Below, in pieces: positions 14,101-26,520 of a stretch of 64,000 nt of DNA. Source of the DNA: Lobosporangium transversale (lineage: Eukaryota); contig NW_019029006.1 in the NCBI RefSeq assembly GCF_002105155.1, positions 434,001 to 498,000 on the forward strand. The letters are read 5' to 3'. The position numbers were made by a program, and so were the translations under genes. A model generated the notes under the pieces. The model saw nothing but the letters and a program-made list of their open reading frames with translations, made no database searches and was not told the origin of the DNA. Within the stretch, counting starts at the first letter, position 1, and every line of letters starts with the position of its first letter.

Positions 14101-15086
14101 TGCAGGTCCTACAGAGCACTTCATGGATGGATTCAACAGAGGCGCCATTGTATGCCTGTTGTTTAAGCCTCTCTTGGGCATGGTGTCTTCCACAATTGGA
14201 GGTTTTGGATCTTCAGGGTGAGGTTGCCTATCGGTTTCAGATCCAGACATTGCAATATTGCCCAAAGTTGCGGGTATTGCGGTTATCACTACCACACTCA
14301 GTATTACCATCACGACAACCAACGGGAATGTCATCATCAGCCTATAACAATAATAACATCAGCCTTCATCACCATCTTTCCTCTTCTTCTCCAGAAATGT
14401 GCCAGCGATGTATGAGTGGAGGCTCAAACTCATTGGCAGATCCATCCAAACCTGAGAAGAGCACGACCCAATTACCGCCTCTGTCATTGGCAGATTATTT
14501 ACGAGCTCCGTCTAAAGGCTACAGCCAATATCGATACGCCTTTAGCGCCTTAAACGCAGCCATGGCAGACAACTCCATTAATAGCAATAATAATAGTGGT
14601 AGCAGTCATGGCAGCAACAGCCATAGCGAGAGCTACTATCCATACCAGGGCCAGAGAACAGGCTCAACCCTCTTTCCAAATTTACAGGAACTCAGATTGG
14701 CTGGGGATTGGGGCCTCTGTGATGAGTCGTTGTTACAGATGGCGAAGATGATGCCACGTTTATCCCGGCTGTCGTTATTACGATGTGAGACCGAGTGTTT
14801 GACAGCATGCGGATTAATAAGAGCGCTGCTACGCTTTCGTGGGTATAAGCCAAAGGATTTACGCCAGTGGGATGGTGATGATAGTCGAATTGTGTTGTTG
14901 CAATGGTTAGAAATTTGCAAGACTTGGCACACACAAATAGAGGCTGTTCTTGTTTCGTCTGCAGAGGGTGACATAATAGATAGTGTTGCAGCAACCACAA
15001 CGATAGAGCTAAAGCCGTTAGAAATCTCATTTTTGAGGGACTCGGTAAATCATGAGATATGCCCCTTGGAAATTGCATACCAGTAA
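11124..15086 (+). CDS. Large intronless F-box / RNI-like LRR protein with Ser-rich low-complexity inserts
   Basis: F-box-like LPEECLLLIFENL..ALHVLIRVNRQFFHLVVPILYRSPF. LRR-type segments WCLPQLEVLDLQG, CPKLRVLRL, FPNLQELRLAG, MPRLSRLSL. First ATG (MPSLPKS) at 11124. Confidence 0.82.
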   Translation: MPSLPKSTGAVAVAAPAPFPISVPVTATVMPNRCCSNLPEECLLLIFENLRTHRSALHVLIRVNRQFFHLVVPILYRSPFRLLESKQETWPWSERIQRQVLLLQLLLRSAQIKQKQINRQEEKKWQRKRGQEQSEQAGDRYNNSCVAVTTGKSAVSPIVAAQGTENNKMSLRLNTKRRQHWWAKKKPSISSSTIETALSNPSSPSSLLFPSLSLSRKGGNIKGITIPGKIQGRKFISEKKQSLFQDDNSNSTNTSTSDNSNSLSTVRPTTIDGNIPNYYGQQQCQQQVLSPFSSSSNNSHDQSVDLANYGHTSGGYSCESFGYNECNSNDVFIDNNEDDMYRPCEGNPTYAFIDSDDYNSYQYRPHSISRYYTDTDTDADDDETLYMDELPHSGLFSQAGLFEPTPHLGPFSPKDNNGISSSRSWTQAFQTRFRSFSGSSFNGINDQSQPLVPQSHRLLHNNARLMADYLSYYVEHDHPRLARLLPSLFPSVPAESFDQLLTFRDAPNLTSSSAVAAAAAAGGGTGSPLSSLSGQKSVYNIFQSLQQSHKSARNLERAYAARTRVERDLFHHSPQLVRTLSLSAARIQAIIPPPLPPQSCLMGSMPSTRSALRTSASSYSLGQSLLSPFISLMSLLPSSFFSRSPFSVPISSSSSSSWHSSASTLTVSSFRSSHSVATSYCSSFPYSTDSLSLTKANVASLPSSLLVPSSPPLPQLSQLSSLYRIELYDIYHGIDVEVVVRFLRLHDQIYHTIREVKVGGVDDVGRSSDPGVITILYSLKTVRVLDMVEWREAIRYMNQIPTKHLESLLLGNVRMANHESVEPSMQGVTGLSSMPSTNADTSTVNGNMGSSSPEDGTADGSEIIGDGSEEDEEGEYEEKERSHPQIQALQRCRRLRVLRMPVLVNGLFGWAVKERRQWQLDLASRNKIALIPVNTHGEENGHLSKLRSLEPYWGNKNGHRRPVQLENVHLSGTSTGPLMSTLIHVVDAFRDSLQVLQSTSWMDSTEAPLYACCLSLSWAWCLPQLEVLDLQGEVAYRFQIQTLQYCPKLRVLRLSLPHSVLPSRQPTGMSSSAYNNNNISLHHHLSSSSPEMCQRCMSGGSNSLADPSKPEKSTTQLPPLSLADYLRAPSKGYSQYRYAFSALNAAMADNSINSNNNSGSSHGSNSHSESYYPYQGQRTGSTLFPNLQELRLAGDWGLCDESLLQMAKMMPRLSRLSLLRCETECLTACGLIRALLRFRGYKPKDLRQWDGDDSRIVLLQWLEICKTWHTQIEAVLVSSAEGDIIDSVAATTTIELKPLEISFLRDSVNHEICPLEIAYQ

Positions 15087-16460
15087 ATACCTAGCACCAC
15101 ATCATAGATACAGCGTATTCCAAAATAAAAAAAGATAATGGCTAATTACTTCCAAAGTCCTCTCTTTTTTAGAAAGGATTATTTGACCCGTCACTTTGAA
15201 GAACAGAGAGAGTGTGCATGTATACAAAGAATAAGAGAATGTCGGATGCTCAAACAACATTGTTCACAGTACTCACGAGATTTTTCTTACAAATGTCGCG
15301 TGAGAGTGGGGGAAGCATTTGTCTAATCAAACTCATCCAAACAATTTAATTCAATTTAAAAAATGTTCCTGTGCCAAGATTCAATAGGCTCGCCTAATCT
15401 CTAAACTTTCATTTGATGAAACCTTAATTCATACACATAATCAATCTTTACGCCACTTTCCCTCCACTCTTAAACAACTTTGACTTTATTCTGGATGTTA
15501 AAGCATATAATCTCATGTCATGTCATGCTCATGCATGTTTTTCCTTGAGAGGGACAAGAAAATGTTTGTTGCTTTCAGCCTCTCTCGATTCCTTGCTTTC
15601 CCCCCTTTTTTTTTCTTCTATGAGAGAGAATAAAGAATAAAAAATATGAAACCACATTGTTACGTCTGTGGACCATCATCTAAAATGAAGCGTGGCTCTG
15701 TTGCATGTTTGGCTTTTTTTTTTGCCCACACCGTGTTGGACGAAGAGTATGGCTCAATTGAAAAGAGAAGATTGTGATTGCTATTATAAATATGAGATGA
15801 TGTGCTTGCATTTTCTTTTTAGTTGAGAACTTTCTTCACGTTCATCTTTCTGTCTCCGCTTGGTTTCTGGCTGGCTGTTGCCCAGCTTATATCGTTGCAG
15901 TATATACGGTACATGTATTTACTTGGCATTTATCTTAACCCTAAATGCACGCAAATACAATACATTATTGGTCTCCTTTTTTCATTTGACTTTGTCTGTC
16001 ATCAGCCCTGCTGTTTTCTGTCACCGTTTATCGCCCCCTCTTCTCCTGTCTGTACCCGTCCTGTACGCCTCTTCTTCTCCTGCCTTTGCTTGTCTTGAAC
16101 ACCATCCTTTTTTTTTTTTTATTCTTTCCTTTGTCTCTTTATAAAAAAAGAACAAACGCCTTTTTTTTTTCTTACTCTACACATTCACTTGTCTGTTCAT
16201 TCATTCCCAGGAAAAAGAAAAAGAAAAAGAATCTTTTTTTTGTTCTGAATCTCTGAATCTCATTCATCTCATCTTACATAACTTGCATAACTTGCATATT
16301 ATCTTATTTTGCTTTGTCAAGCAAAATATATATTATCACATCACATCACACACTTCACTTTCTCTTATTCACCATCGACTCTAAAAAAGAAAAATCTCTT
16401 TATCTCTTCCTTTTCCTTTCCCTCTTTCTGCCCTCTCACATTGTTGCCATTATCGTTACC

Positions 16461-19400
16461 ATGGACCACCATATCCAAATCGAACACTTTGGCGACGAGA
16501 GTGATCGGTCTCAGTCTCAGTTTCAATTTCCCTACACTTCCTACTACGACACAAATAACTCAATCGAACTTGATCTCGAAGCCGTTGAACGGGATCGATT
16601 TGATCGTTTAAGCAATTCCAGTACTCTTGTCGGAGGTACCAGCCCACTCCGTCATCCTTACTCCCCTGAATTCAACTCCAACAACTCTTACTTTATCGAC
16701 GATTTCAAATCTAATGGCAATACTATTGCAACCATTGCCACTACCACTACCACCGATACCGATATCAACGCCACTACTACCATCACATCTGCATCAGTAG
16801 CTGCTCCTGCCATTACAGTTTACAAAGCAAGAAGAAGGAAATATGATGGCACAGATGAGAACGAAAAGAAGAAAACGAATGGATCTTTGTGGTATCGATT
16901 CTTTTATTCCGAAGGAGGCCGCCTTACTTGTGCAGTCGTTTACTTTGTAGTGATTTGTATTGGGATGGCGTTTTGTAACCAGCTATCGGATCATCGATGG
17001 GTCAATACAGGATATACAGATGTTTTATTACGAGATCGAGGGTTTGATGTGATTGAAGCTCAAGCCGATATTCAACCAGCAAACACATTTGTGATGACAT
17101 CCGTAGTCTTTACAGTGTTGGGGATTGGATTGATCTGTCCTAACTGGACGATGCGAGGGATCGTCTTGAGACGGATTCTTTGGGTGATCGGGACGTTGAG
17201 TGCTTTTAGAGCTCTGACGCTTTCCGTTACTACATTGCCTACACCCAAAGAGGAATGTCGTCCTAGTTTGAAAACAGGCTTTTGGGATATGTTTATAGTT
17301 GCATTGCAGATGATCCCAGGTACTGTAGAAGCTTGTACGGATGATATCTTTTCAGGACATACTGTTTTCATGTAAGTTGTTATGAAACGAAATGTAATTT
17401 TTATTTCATTTAATTAACTCTGAAAGAGGGGGAGAGAAAGAGTTATACGGAGAGAGAGGAGATTGATATGGAGGCAAAATGAAGCGTTTTGCAAAAAAAA
17501 AAAAAAAAACTTTTGCCGCCGCTTCTTACTTGGACAAACATGTCTGATTTCTTCTATTTTGAACATCCACATTAACTGAACAAAATGAGATCTTTGGCAG
17601 CGAATTTTTTGTTTATATATCTTTTACCAAATGACCAGAAAAAAAAATGTGTCGACCATTGCAATTGGTTTTTTTTTTTTTTTTTTTTTGTTTATTGTTT
17701 TGCGCGTAGGGCGATGCAAAAAGAGATGACAAAGAAACAAAAGAACTTTGCACCACTGGAGGTGCATACCCATATGATTTTTTTTTATTTCTTGTGCATT
17801 TGAATGGAACCAAAAGAAAGGTGAATGGAGAGAGAGTTCATGTATATTTTTCCAAGAGGTACATGGCATTTTCGGTCTAATGTTGAGCATACATTTATGT
17901 CTCTGATGTTCATATTCATGTACATGCACAGTAGACTTGTTGCTCCGAGGTTATATGTTTGAAATTAAAATGGCTGTGAGCAAAAAAATAATTACTCAAG
18001 AACATACATGAAATCGTTGGCATTTCAATTTTGACGTCCTCTCTCTCTCTCTTCTTTTTTTAACCTGGATAGGGTATCTTGTGCCATCCAATGGAGATTG
18101 TACTGCAGGAACAAGTGGGTCACCTATTTCTCGTATTTATACATCAGCATCGGACTCTATTATGTTATCGCAACTCGTCTACACTATACAGTCGACGTGG
18201 TCTTGGCCATCTTCATCACTTTTGCTGGCTGGTCCGTCTACATCTGTATGATCGATGTAGTGATGGAGGAAGAGTACTTTGGCATCAAAAGTCATCACGA
18301 AAAGTACGCTGTCTTCAATACTGCCGCAGCTGAATATGAATTTGTCACTCAGGAGCAGGACAGAGCCATTGATGAGGAAGATGAAGAGGTTAAAGTGACA
18401 ATATCATCAACCACAACGTCAACAACATCGACATTAACACCAAACCCCACAAAGAGTCAAACAATTAGCTCAAGAAGAAAGCAGCTTGAGTATCATATGA
18501 ACCGTCTTCGAGGACCACGTATTGGCTATGGACGAGGGGAATATGATCGTGTCGCATTCGTACCCATGCAATTCAATTTGTGGCTGAAGAATGTGGTCCG
18601 TTGGTGCGATGGCCTTGATCTTCGCATGAACCCGTATATTGCAGAGAACCCTTCAACTGGTGAGCAAGAAGAGGAGGAGGGATTGTCGTCATTGTCATCA
18701 TCATCTCGCTGGAACGAATTGGTGGTGCGGTACCGTGCAGAGCTGGCCTCTATCACTGGTGCTCGATGTGATTGCAAGAAGACGGATGGCGAGCTTGAAA
18801 ATAATTTGAATGGGTATAATGAGTTGGGTCGTCACAGAGAGATGGTGCAAGTCTATCGTAGCGGTTCTGGACTCGAGAGTGTTCATATTCACAACTACAT
18901 GGAAGAAAGGGGGCAGCAACAGCATGGGCGCTGGCGTTCAATGGCTTTGCGTACTTCTCCTCGATCCCGGAGTCCGGACTTGAAAGCAGCCAAAGCTAAG
19001 AAGATGGAGCGTAATAGGTGCGTTCTACTAATCGTGATGTAGCTTCCTGTCTCTATTTTTTTTTTTTTTCCCCTCAGTCTGACTAATCATTCTTGTATTT
19101 CCTTCCTCTACTCTCATTCATTTTTAAAACATCAGAAAGCTGTTCGTTTTGAAGATTGCTCTAGTTATTTTTGTCAATGTTATCTTGTTGATCAAGGTCA
19201 TTGAGACGGTCCAAAACAACAGCAGTGCTGCTGCATCTTCTTCACAATGGCCTACAGAGATGAAGACCTATCCTGGCGGTACCATCTATAATAACAATAA
19301 CAGCTACCCCAATTCACCAACATCTCATGCTACTGCTCCCTCTGGTCCATCTTCTCTTTTGACACCCTCGACACAAGATGAGGAGCATCAAGTACAAGCA

Positions 19401-19562
19401 TCACCAGAAGAGAGTGAAGTTGGAAATGACAGTAATAAGGCCGGTGCAATTGCTGTGGCTCTAGATGATTACAAGGTTATCAAAGAAGCGGTCCATCATA
19501 GAGGCATCCAGCGTCGTAATTCTGTTGGAAAACGCAACCTAAAACAGGCGGAGGCTATCTAG
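16461..19562 (+). CDS. Sphingomyelin synthase family (PAP2_C) sphingolipid phosphotransferase; exons 16461-17371, 18073-19017, 19136-19562
   Basis: Motifs L(R)DRGFD, RALTLSVTTLP, CTDDIFSGHT (D3) and HYTVDV (D4), with several hydrophobic helices. Junctions AT|G and AG|A are in frame. Confidence 0.85.
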
Positions 19563-20411
19563 AGTACATTTTTTCTCCTCCTGCTTGAATCTTTTTTACT
19601 TTCCCCCCTTGTATTATACTAGTAAACGTTGTACTATCTATCTCTTGTAAATGTATTCAATAATCCATGAGTGGGAAGTCCGATATTGATATTATTCTAC
19701 GTCTCCTCGATTACAGCCGATGGAGTAACGCCGTGACAATATGTCTCCGTTGTGCAGTGCTGTACGGAGTGCGCAGTTGTGAGTCTGTCTTTTTTTGTCA
19801 AACAAATCCTTTCTTTTGATGCCGTCAAGTCCGATAAAATTGTGGTCTACTTGGTATAGCATGGATACCCATGTGCTCCTGACTAGGGCTACCATTCAAG
19901 TGGAGGTTTGAGCATCTATCACGTGCTATTCAATTTTTTTTTCACTCTCAATAAAGGAGGTTGCCAAATGAGACTTGTTTCGACCTTCTCTTGCATTCGA
20001 ATTGTTCTCGCAAACGAGTTAAACCGCACTTTTCGATACAGAAGGTGCGCAAATATCATATCGCCTATGAAATATCAATCTATCCATCTATCTATCCATC
20101 CATCCGTTCAACCATATAGTGCATGGACATGGGGATCCGCATTCTCTTTAGGAGCATTTTATTATTATTTTTTCTATTTTGTGGATTATACAACTATACT
20201 CATCAAGAGTGCAAAAGAACATTGTGATTCTGATTAAACATTCATCCTACACAAGACGCCGACGATTCAAAAAAAAGAGAAAAAAAAAAAACTTTTACTT
20301 TCCTGAACGACAACCCTTAGCAGATTAGAACAGGAATGGGAGATGTTTCAAGCTCAGTTGATCCTAACACATTATTACTATTTATTTCTCTAATATGGTC
20401 AACAGAAAAAA

Positions 20412-21125
20412 ATGAAGTACCTCGCCGCCTACCTTTTGCTTACCCTCGGAGGTAAAGCCTCCCCCTCTGCCTCCGATATCACCTCTTTGCTTGGCACTGT
20501 CGGCATTGAGGCTGAGTCTGAGCGTATCGAGTCCTTGATTTCCCAGCTCTCTGGCAAGGACATCAACGAGGTATGAAAAAAAAATAATAATGAAACAGGG
20601 AAGCAACACGGAAATCAACGGACAAAATGTATTTGTTTTCTATGTAACATTGCACGACAGCAGCAGGAGTATGGATAGTGGATTTGAAGCTTCTTAAAGA
20701 TGAGATGATGTAAGATTCAAAGGATGAAGCGAGACAGGAGCGTTGTTTTACCTAGATCTAGCGGATTACAGAAGATAAACATGTCTCAGGAACAGTGAAA
20801 AAAAAAAAAAGAAGTGATTAATAAACAGGAACTGGGATATTTCTAAAACTAAAATGCTTACCGATGTTTTACGGGCGTTGAGAATGGAGATAAAAAAAAA
20901 ATGTAATCTCAGTTCAAGTATCTAATCCGTTTTTTTTTTCTTCATTGACAGCTTATTGCTGAGGGTACCTCCAAGCTCGCTTCTGTCCCTGCTGGTGGTG
21001 CTGCTGGTGGTGCTGCCCCTGCTGCCGGCGGTGCTGGTGCTGCAAAGGAGGAGAAGGCCGAGGAGAAGAAGGAGGAGGCCAAGGAAGAGTCTGATGATGA
21101 TATGGGCTTCGGTCTCTTCGATTAA
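20412..21125 (+). CDS. RPP2: 60S acidic ribosomal protein P2; exons 20412-20570, 20952-21125
   Basis: [14 protein letters not shown]...[19 protein letters not shown]...[13 protein letters not shown]. Not called by the ORF track. Confidence 0.97.
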
Positions 21126-21611
21126 ACTCGCTAATGATCTGTCTAATCTTCATTTTCTTTTCCATTGCATCTTGTTTTCTTGGTTTACATATCATGATAA
21201 TAAAAAGAAGCAAAAAGAAAGAAGTTCCGAGGCATTCTATTTGACAGAAACATCGTAAAATGTGTTCCTTTATTTTGAAATGTTGAATATGTGTGTATGT
21301 GTAGACTAGCATGACCATTGTTGATAAAAGGAATCGTATTGGAGGATAGTAAAGAGGAGGTAGTAAGAGAGAAGCCAAATGGGTGACATTGTTCGGGTGA
21401 TTTACTCCTTCTCTGCACAGGCCTTGGTCATGAAAAAAGCTTTGCCATATCAAGTAGTTCCCCTCCACCCCTACCTTTTTGGCACCAATCAGCCAGACAC
21501 CTGCCTTTAAAATGAGGTGGTACAATCTCCTTCTTTTCTTTCTTTCTTTTTTTCCTTCTCTCTCTCCAGCTTCATTCCTCCGCTCATTGCTCATCTTCAA
21601 CGCCTTTTATA

Positions 21612-23318
21612 ATGTCTCGTCGACAGATTCTTACCTTTGCATCTTCTCGATTCAATGGACTGCCACTCAGCGTTGGGCACCGGTAAAAATAAAATAAAAA
21701 TAGAATTAATTTAGAAATGTGGTGTCACAAACGATATTCAAGACGATGCCATTGACTACAGTATGTTAATTGATCTACATCTTCTTCTCTCTTTTCCCTC
21801 CTTATTTTATTCTTACTCATATCGTAGAGGTGCCTCTGAGCAATGGCCTGAGAACTCCATTATTTCAATGGCCCAGGCCATCAAAGATGGTGCTGATGGT
21901 TTAGAGGGTGGTAAGTATAATTATTAATTTTGTATTTTAATTTATTATATTGCATTTGAGACGCAAAAATGTTTATCAGCAGATATTGGTTTTTTTTGTG
22001 CTGTTGTTGTTGGTCTAGACCTTCATTTGACATCAGACGGCGAAATCATCGTCATGCATGACCCTTCTCTTGACAGGACTACAAATGGCACAGGACTGGT
22101 CAAAAATCGACCATGGCATGGATATATTGATGGCCTCAAATCGAAGAAAGAGCCTCATGTGGGTGTTCCTCGATGTGTGGACGTATTGGCCTTTCTCGCT
22201 CAGGAAGGCAATGAGAAAGTCTGGTGGAATATTGATATTAAGGTTCGTTTTTTTTTTTTTTTTGACACCTGTCTTGTCTATTCGTACTCCGTATGATACA
22301 AGAGAGTACTATGACATCGACATGGGACTAATGCAAGCTGACTATGTTTTAGTATGGCACTATTTCATAAGTTCTGCTCCCTTGTCATATTCTCTATATC
22401 CTTGAGCGGTCAATAAAAAAAAGGGAAGAGATGCCTTATTAGTCAAAGGGAGAGAGACAAAAGGGAGAAAGACAAAAGGGAGAGACAAAAGAGAAGACAG
22501 TGAGCGAATCTCGTTTTATAAATTAAGCACGCGTTTCTTTATGTTTTGGATCTTATGCTACATGGCTAATCGTGCACTGACCTCGTACCTCCAATTGAGC
22601 ATGCCACGTTTATTAAATTTATTACGTATTCGATATTACAAATCATTATTTCTACCTCATGTACGCTAATCATTGTTACTCGCGTTTACTTTTTTTTTTT
22701 TTATAGATGAATAATTCACCAGCATTACTGTTCTCCAAGTTTGCTAAGCTGATGGAAGATAACTTTCCAGGACGAGATTTCTCGTCCCAGATTGTATTGG
22801 GACTTTGGCACCCAAAGTTCTTACTAGCTGCAGACAAATACTTGCCTCGGTTTAGTCGAATCCATATTGGATTCAGTATCCCGATAGCAACAGAACATTT
22901 CCCCCCGAGTAAAGTGGATGGTTACAGTATCAGCTTTATGGTCTTGTCGACACCTCAGGGACGCCAGTTTATTAAGGAGATGCAGGCAGCAGGAAAGACA
23001 ATTCTGGCATGGACCGTGAATGATGTGGTGGAGATTCGAGAATGTGTAAATATGGGGGTAGATTATATCTTGACAGATCGAACCAAGGTTCTGCATAATG
23101 TCTTACAAGAATACGAAAAGCTGGGTCGAGAAGGCGTAGAAGCTAAATATGCAGATGAAGAGTTTAATACCTGGAGTCGATGGTCTAGATACACATTTTG
23201 GAGGGCTTTATTTTGGGTCTTCTTGACAATACGCTTTAACAATGCAACAAAGCGACTGGATGTGGAGCCAGGGCAAGATATTGACTTTTCAACGGGCGAG
23301 GAGATCCTTGTAAAATGA
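21612..23318 (+). CDS. Glycerophosphodiester phosphodiesterase (PGC1-like phosphatidylglycerol phospholipase C); exons 21612-21682, 21828-21910, 22019-22242, 22707-23318
   Basis: GDPD motifs GHR|GAS..PENS, DGLEGDLHLTSDGEIIVMHD..LDRTTNG, IDIKMNN, AWTVN, GVDYILTD, plus a C-terminal hydrophobic anchor. Confidence 0.9.
22443..22500. repeat. Degenerate purine-rich tandem repeat (about 14-16 nt unit, AAAAGGGAGAGAC) inside a GDPD intron
   Basis: Visible sequence caaagggagagagacaaaagggagaaagacaaaagggagagacaaaagagaagacag. Confidence 0.6.
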
Positions 23319-23833
23319 GAGGATGAAGGGGAATTAAAGTAGAGGGGAAAAAAAATTGCATTATGTATTAAAGTACATTGATAGAGAAAAATTATAAACT
23401 AGATGCACCAGATGTACCAGACATGTCACCACATCAGAAGTACTGGGTATGTCAGAGTAAAATAAGAGGACTAAGATAATACGTGAAAAGAATACCGAGG
23501 TGTGCGTCTGCTCGAAAGAAGACATCATCATCATCATTTACAGTCTTTAGTGAAAGTCCCCATGTATTCGATTTTCACCGAAACTACACGACTTGGACCA
23601 TATACGTAGAATACTTCAATCCATGTACAGTAGAAAGAGGTCATGGGTTGAACTTGACTGCCTTTGCGCAGTAGTAGATGTAAAAGACTATATCGACTTC
23701 AATAATATGGACTTCGTTTCAGTTAGAACTTTTTATTCATGTATGTTATTGTCATCGCAACTCATCTCTTCTTCACTTCCAGTTACTCACTCGTTTATTT
23801 CACTGCAATCGTCGCTATATATAAGAGAACATA

Positions 23834-25969
23834 ATGTCAAAAGAATACTTTCCAAGCAAACCAAGCAGTAAACCCAAGGTGCTGATTGTCGGTGCTGGTA
23901 TTAGTGGACTCACCCTAGCCATTCTTCTTGAGAAAGCCAGCATTCCATATGAGGTCTATGACCGTATGGCACAAGTCAGGCCTTTAGGTAAATATACATA
24001 GATATACTTTTGCCTTTAGGCACGACGATTCTTGATAAACACTGTTACAGTATATGTTCAACAGTATCTTCCACATCCTTGAACCGAGAAAGGTTCTGCA
24101 TTGTCAATAACTGCGAATTTGGCGCCGCTGTTCAAACAAATTGGCATTTATGATGAGTTCGTCAGCCTTGGACTACCGTTCTACTCAATCGATAATTATA
24201 ATGAGGATCGCACAAAGGATTTCATCATAGACTTCAAGCCAGCTGCCAAAAAGTAAAGTCATGGTTAATTCACGAAATGAAATCCTCTCAAAGCACAAAT
24301 ACTGTATGGATCTATTGAAGCCTCTCTCTTTTTCTTATTCTCTTATTTGTTACAGGGAAGTATACCCAGGATATATCTTCCCTCGAACAGTCTTCTACGA
24401 CTTATTGCGTCGACAGGTTCCGTCCAACAAAATCTCTCTAGGAAAGCGAGTTGTCTCCATAAAAGAAAGCCTAGAGAGTGTCCAAATCCAGTTCTCGGAT
24501 GGGACAACTGCAGAAGGCGATATCCTTGTTGGGGCAGATGGTGCCTATAGCACGATCCGTGAGAATCTCTACAGATCATTAAAGAGCGAAGGCCAACTAC
24601 CGGTTTCAGATGATGAACCTTTACCATTCAGTTGTCTCTGCCTTGTCGGCCAGACCAATCCAATGGACCCTGAAAAATACCCACAACTAACTAGTCCCGT
24701 CAGCCTTTTCAGGTCGGTTATTGGAGAAAACAAGCCTTATGCTGTAAGCATTTCGAGACGAACAGAAATATATACAGAGATGAGCCTATGCAGCTCAAAT
24801 GTTGTAATCAAAAATAATAATTTATTCTTTTATTCATTTATTTCCGTTTTCCCTATGGATACAAGTGGACGTACTTAACGGCGAGAAACAATATCTTCTG
24901 TTGGGGTTTGATCCACTACCTGGACAACGAGTATTCCAAGGACCACGAGGAGTTTTGCAACATAGAATGGGGTCCTGGGGCCGCAATAGATATGTGCAAA
25001 GAAATCCGAGACTTTCCAGTTCCTGGCGGCAAAAGCAACGATATGACCCTTGGAGACCTCATTGACAACACACCGCTGGTCTCCAAGGTCTTGTTGGAGG
25101 AAAAAGTCTTTGATACATGGTATTCAGGAAGAACAGTCCTGATTGGGGATGGTAATGTCACCCTTCGCTGCCTGGGTGTTATTGGTTATTGGTGCTCCAT
25201 GTTATTATGCTTAATTAGGCTGCTGCCGTGCTTATATCTCATACTCTCTCGCTTCGCTGTTTCTCTTTCCCTCACTTGCTATTTTGCTTTTGTTTGTCTA
25301 TCTGTATTATATTAACAGCTTGCCACAAGGTACTTAAGAACACAAATAATGAAGTTTTGTTTGCTTGGACAAATGCAAGTACATAGCGGGAACACTCTTT
25401 ATCAACTTTTTTTTTTTTTTTTTTTTTTCATTACAAAGATTCACATCGCTAGCGGCGTTGGTGCTATCAATGGGATCATGGACGCGGTGGCATTGGCAAA
25501 CTGGCTCAGTGTGCTAGATTCGCCGTCAATCGACGAACTAACAGAGGCTTTCAAAGAATATAAAGCGGAGCGCTATCCAGCTGTCAAGGCTGATTATTTA
25601 CATTCACGAGCTTTCTCTAAGGTGACAGCGACGGTAATGCTTTCACTATTACAAATGTGTGATTCGGTATAATTTCTAAACGAAAAAAAAGACGAAAGTA
25701 TATATATTTATTTCCGACTTTTTTCTTTTCTTTTTTTTGAATGTGACTCTTCTTAAACAATGTAGGGATTGGTGTCCAAGGTTATTCGCTGCATCAGTAG
25801 AAACTTTCCGGTCTGGCTCTGGAACTTTTGTATTAAGCGCTGGTTGGAAGTACGTCCTCAAGTGTCGTTCCTGCCGCTGGTAGACAACATTGGTACCGTG
25901 CCAGCCAAGTATCAACCAAGTCTTCAAAAGACGTTGGAGCTCAGAAGAGCTAAGGAGCTACAGCTATAG
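23834..25969 (+). CDS. FAD-dependent monooxygenase (FAD_binding_3); exons 23834-23987, 24093-24252, 24356-24743, 24866-25151, 25319-25329, 25439-25633, 25766-25969
   Basis: KVLIVGAGISGL (GxGxxG), DILVGADGAYS (DG motif), GRTVLIGD|ACHK (GD motif completed by an 11-nt microexon), C-terminal RPQVSFLPLV. Confidence 0.92.
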
Positions 25970-26249
25970 TAGTTATAAGGTGCAATAAAGACATTCTAAA
26001 TACAGTTTAACTTTTATATTTTTTTACGTGTTGTTTGTTGCACAAAATCAAAACCAAAGAAAATCCTCATCATGTAACATGCTCGTTACACCTCTCTAAG
26101 ACAAAGATAACATGAGCCTATAGGGGCTTTGCACATAAAACAGGTAATGAGATGGCTCTTGCAAGTCCAGTTCCAGGATAAACCTAAGAAGAATCCAGCT
26201 ATAAAGTCTTAAAAAAATAATAAATGAATTGTGTAGCGATTGAATGAAA

Positions 26250-26520
26250 CAGATATTCTCCAGTTTAGTTCAGTCTTTTATGACGTTTTTTCAACAGGTC
26301 CCGTCCAATGAAATCTTCCTAGGGAAGCGAGCTCTGTCTATAAAGCAGAGTCTAGAGGATGGTCTTCAGGTCTGATCCCCGAATTCATGCTAGAGCTGAT
26401 GACGCTTATAGTACCGCTCGATAGAGCCTCTCTGAATCATTAAGGTGATCATCAAGCTAACGGTTTCGGATAATAAGTCTTCACCATTTAACTGTGTTCG
26501 CCTTTCCAGACAGGTCAACC
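26250..26520 (+). pseudogene. Degenerate duplicate of exon 3 of the upstream FAD monooxygenase
   Basis: caacaggtcccgtccaatgaaatcttcctagggaagcga aligns to cgacaggttccgtccaacaaaatctctctaggaaagcga (24411). gctgatgacgcttatagtacc aligns to gcagatggtgcctatagcacg. cggtttcggataataag aligns to cggtttcagatgatgaa. Contains an internal deletion and stops. Confidence 0.8.

Noticed and set aside
20571..20951. Possible intronic snoRNA in the RPP2 intron
   Set aside because: No convincing C/D box pair with terminal stem and no H/ACA architecture seen.
20956..21600. ORFs 20956..21258 (+) and 20953..21600 (-)
   Set aside because: Wrong-frame and antisense overlaps of RPP2 exon 2.
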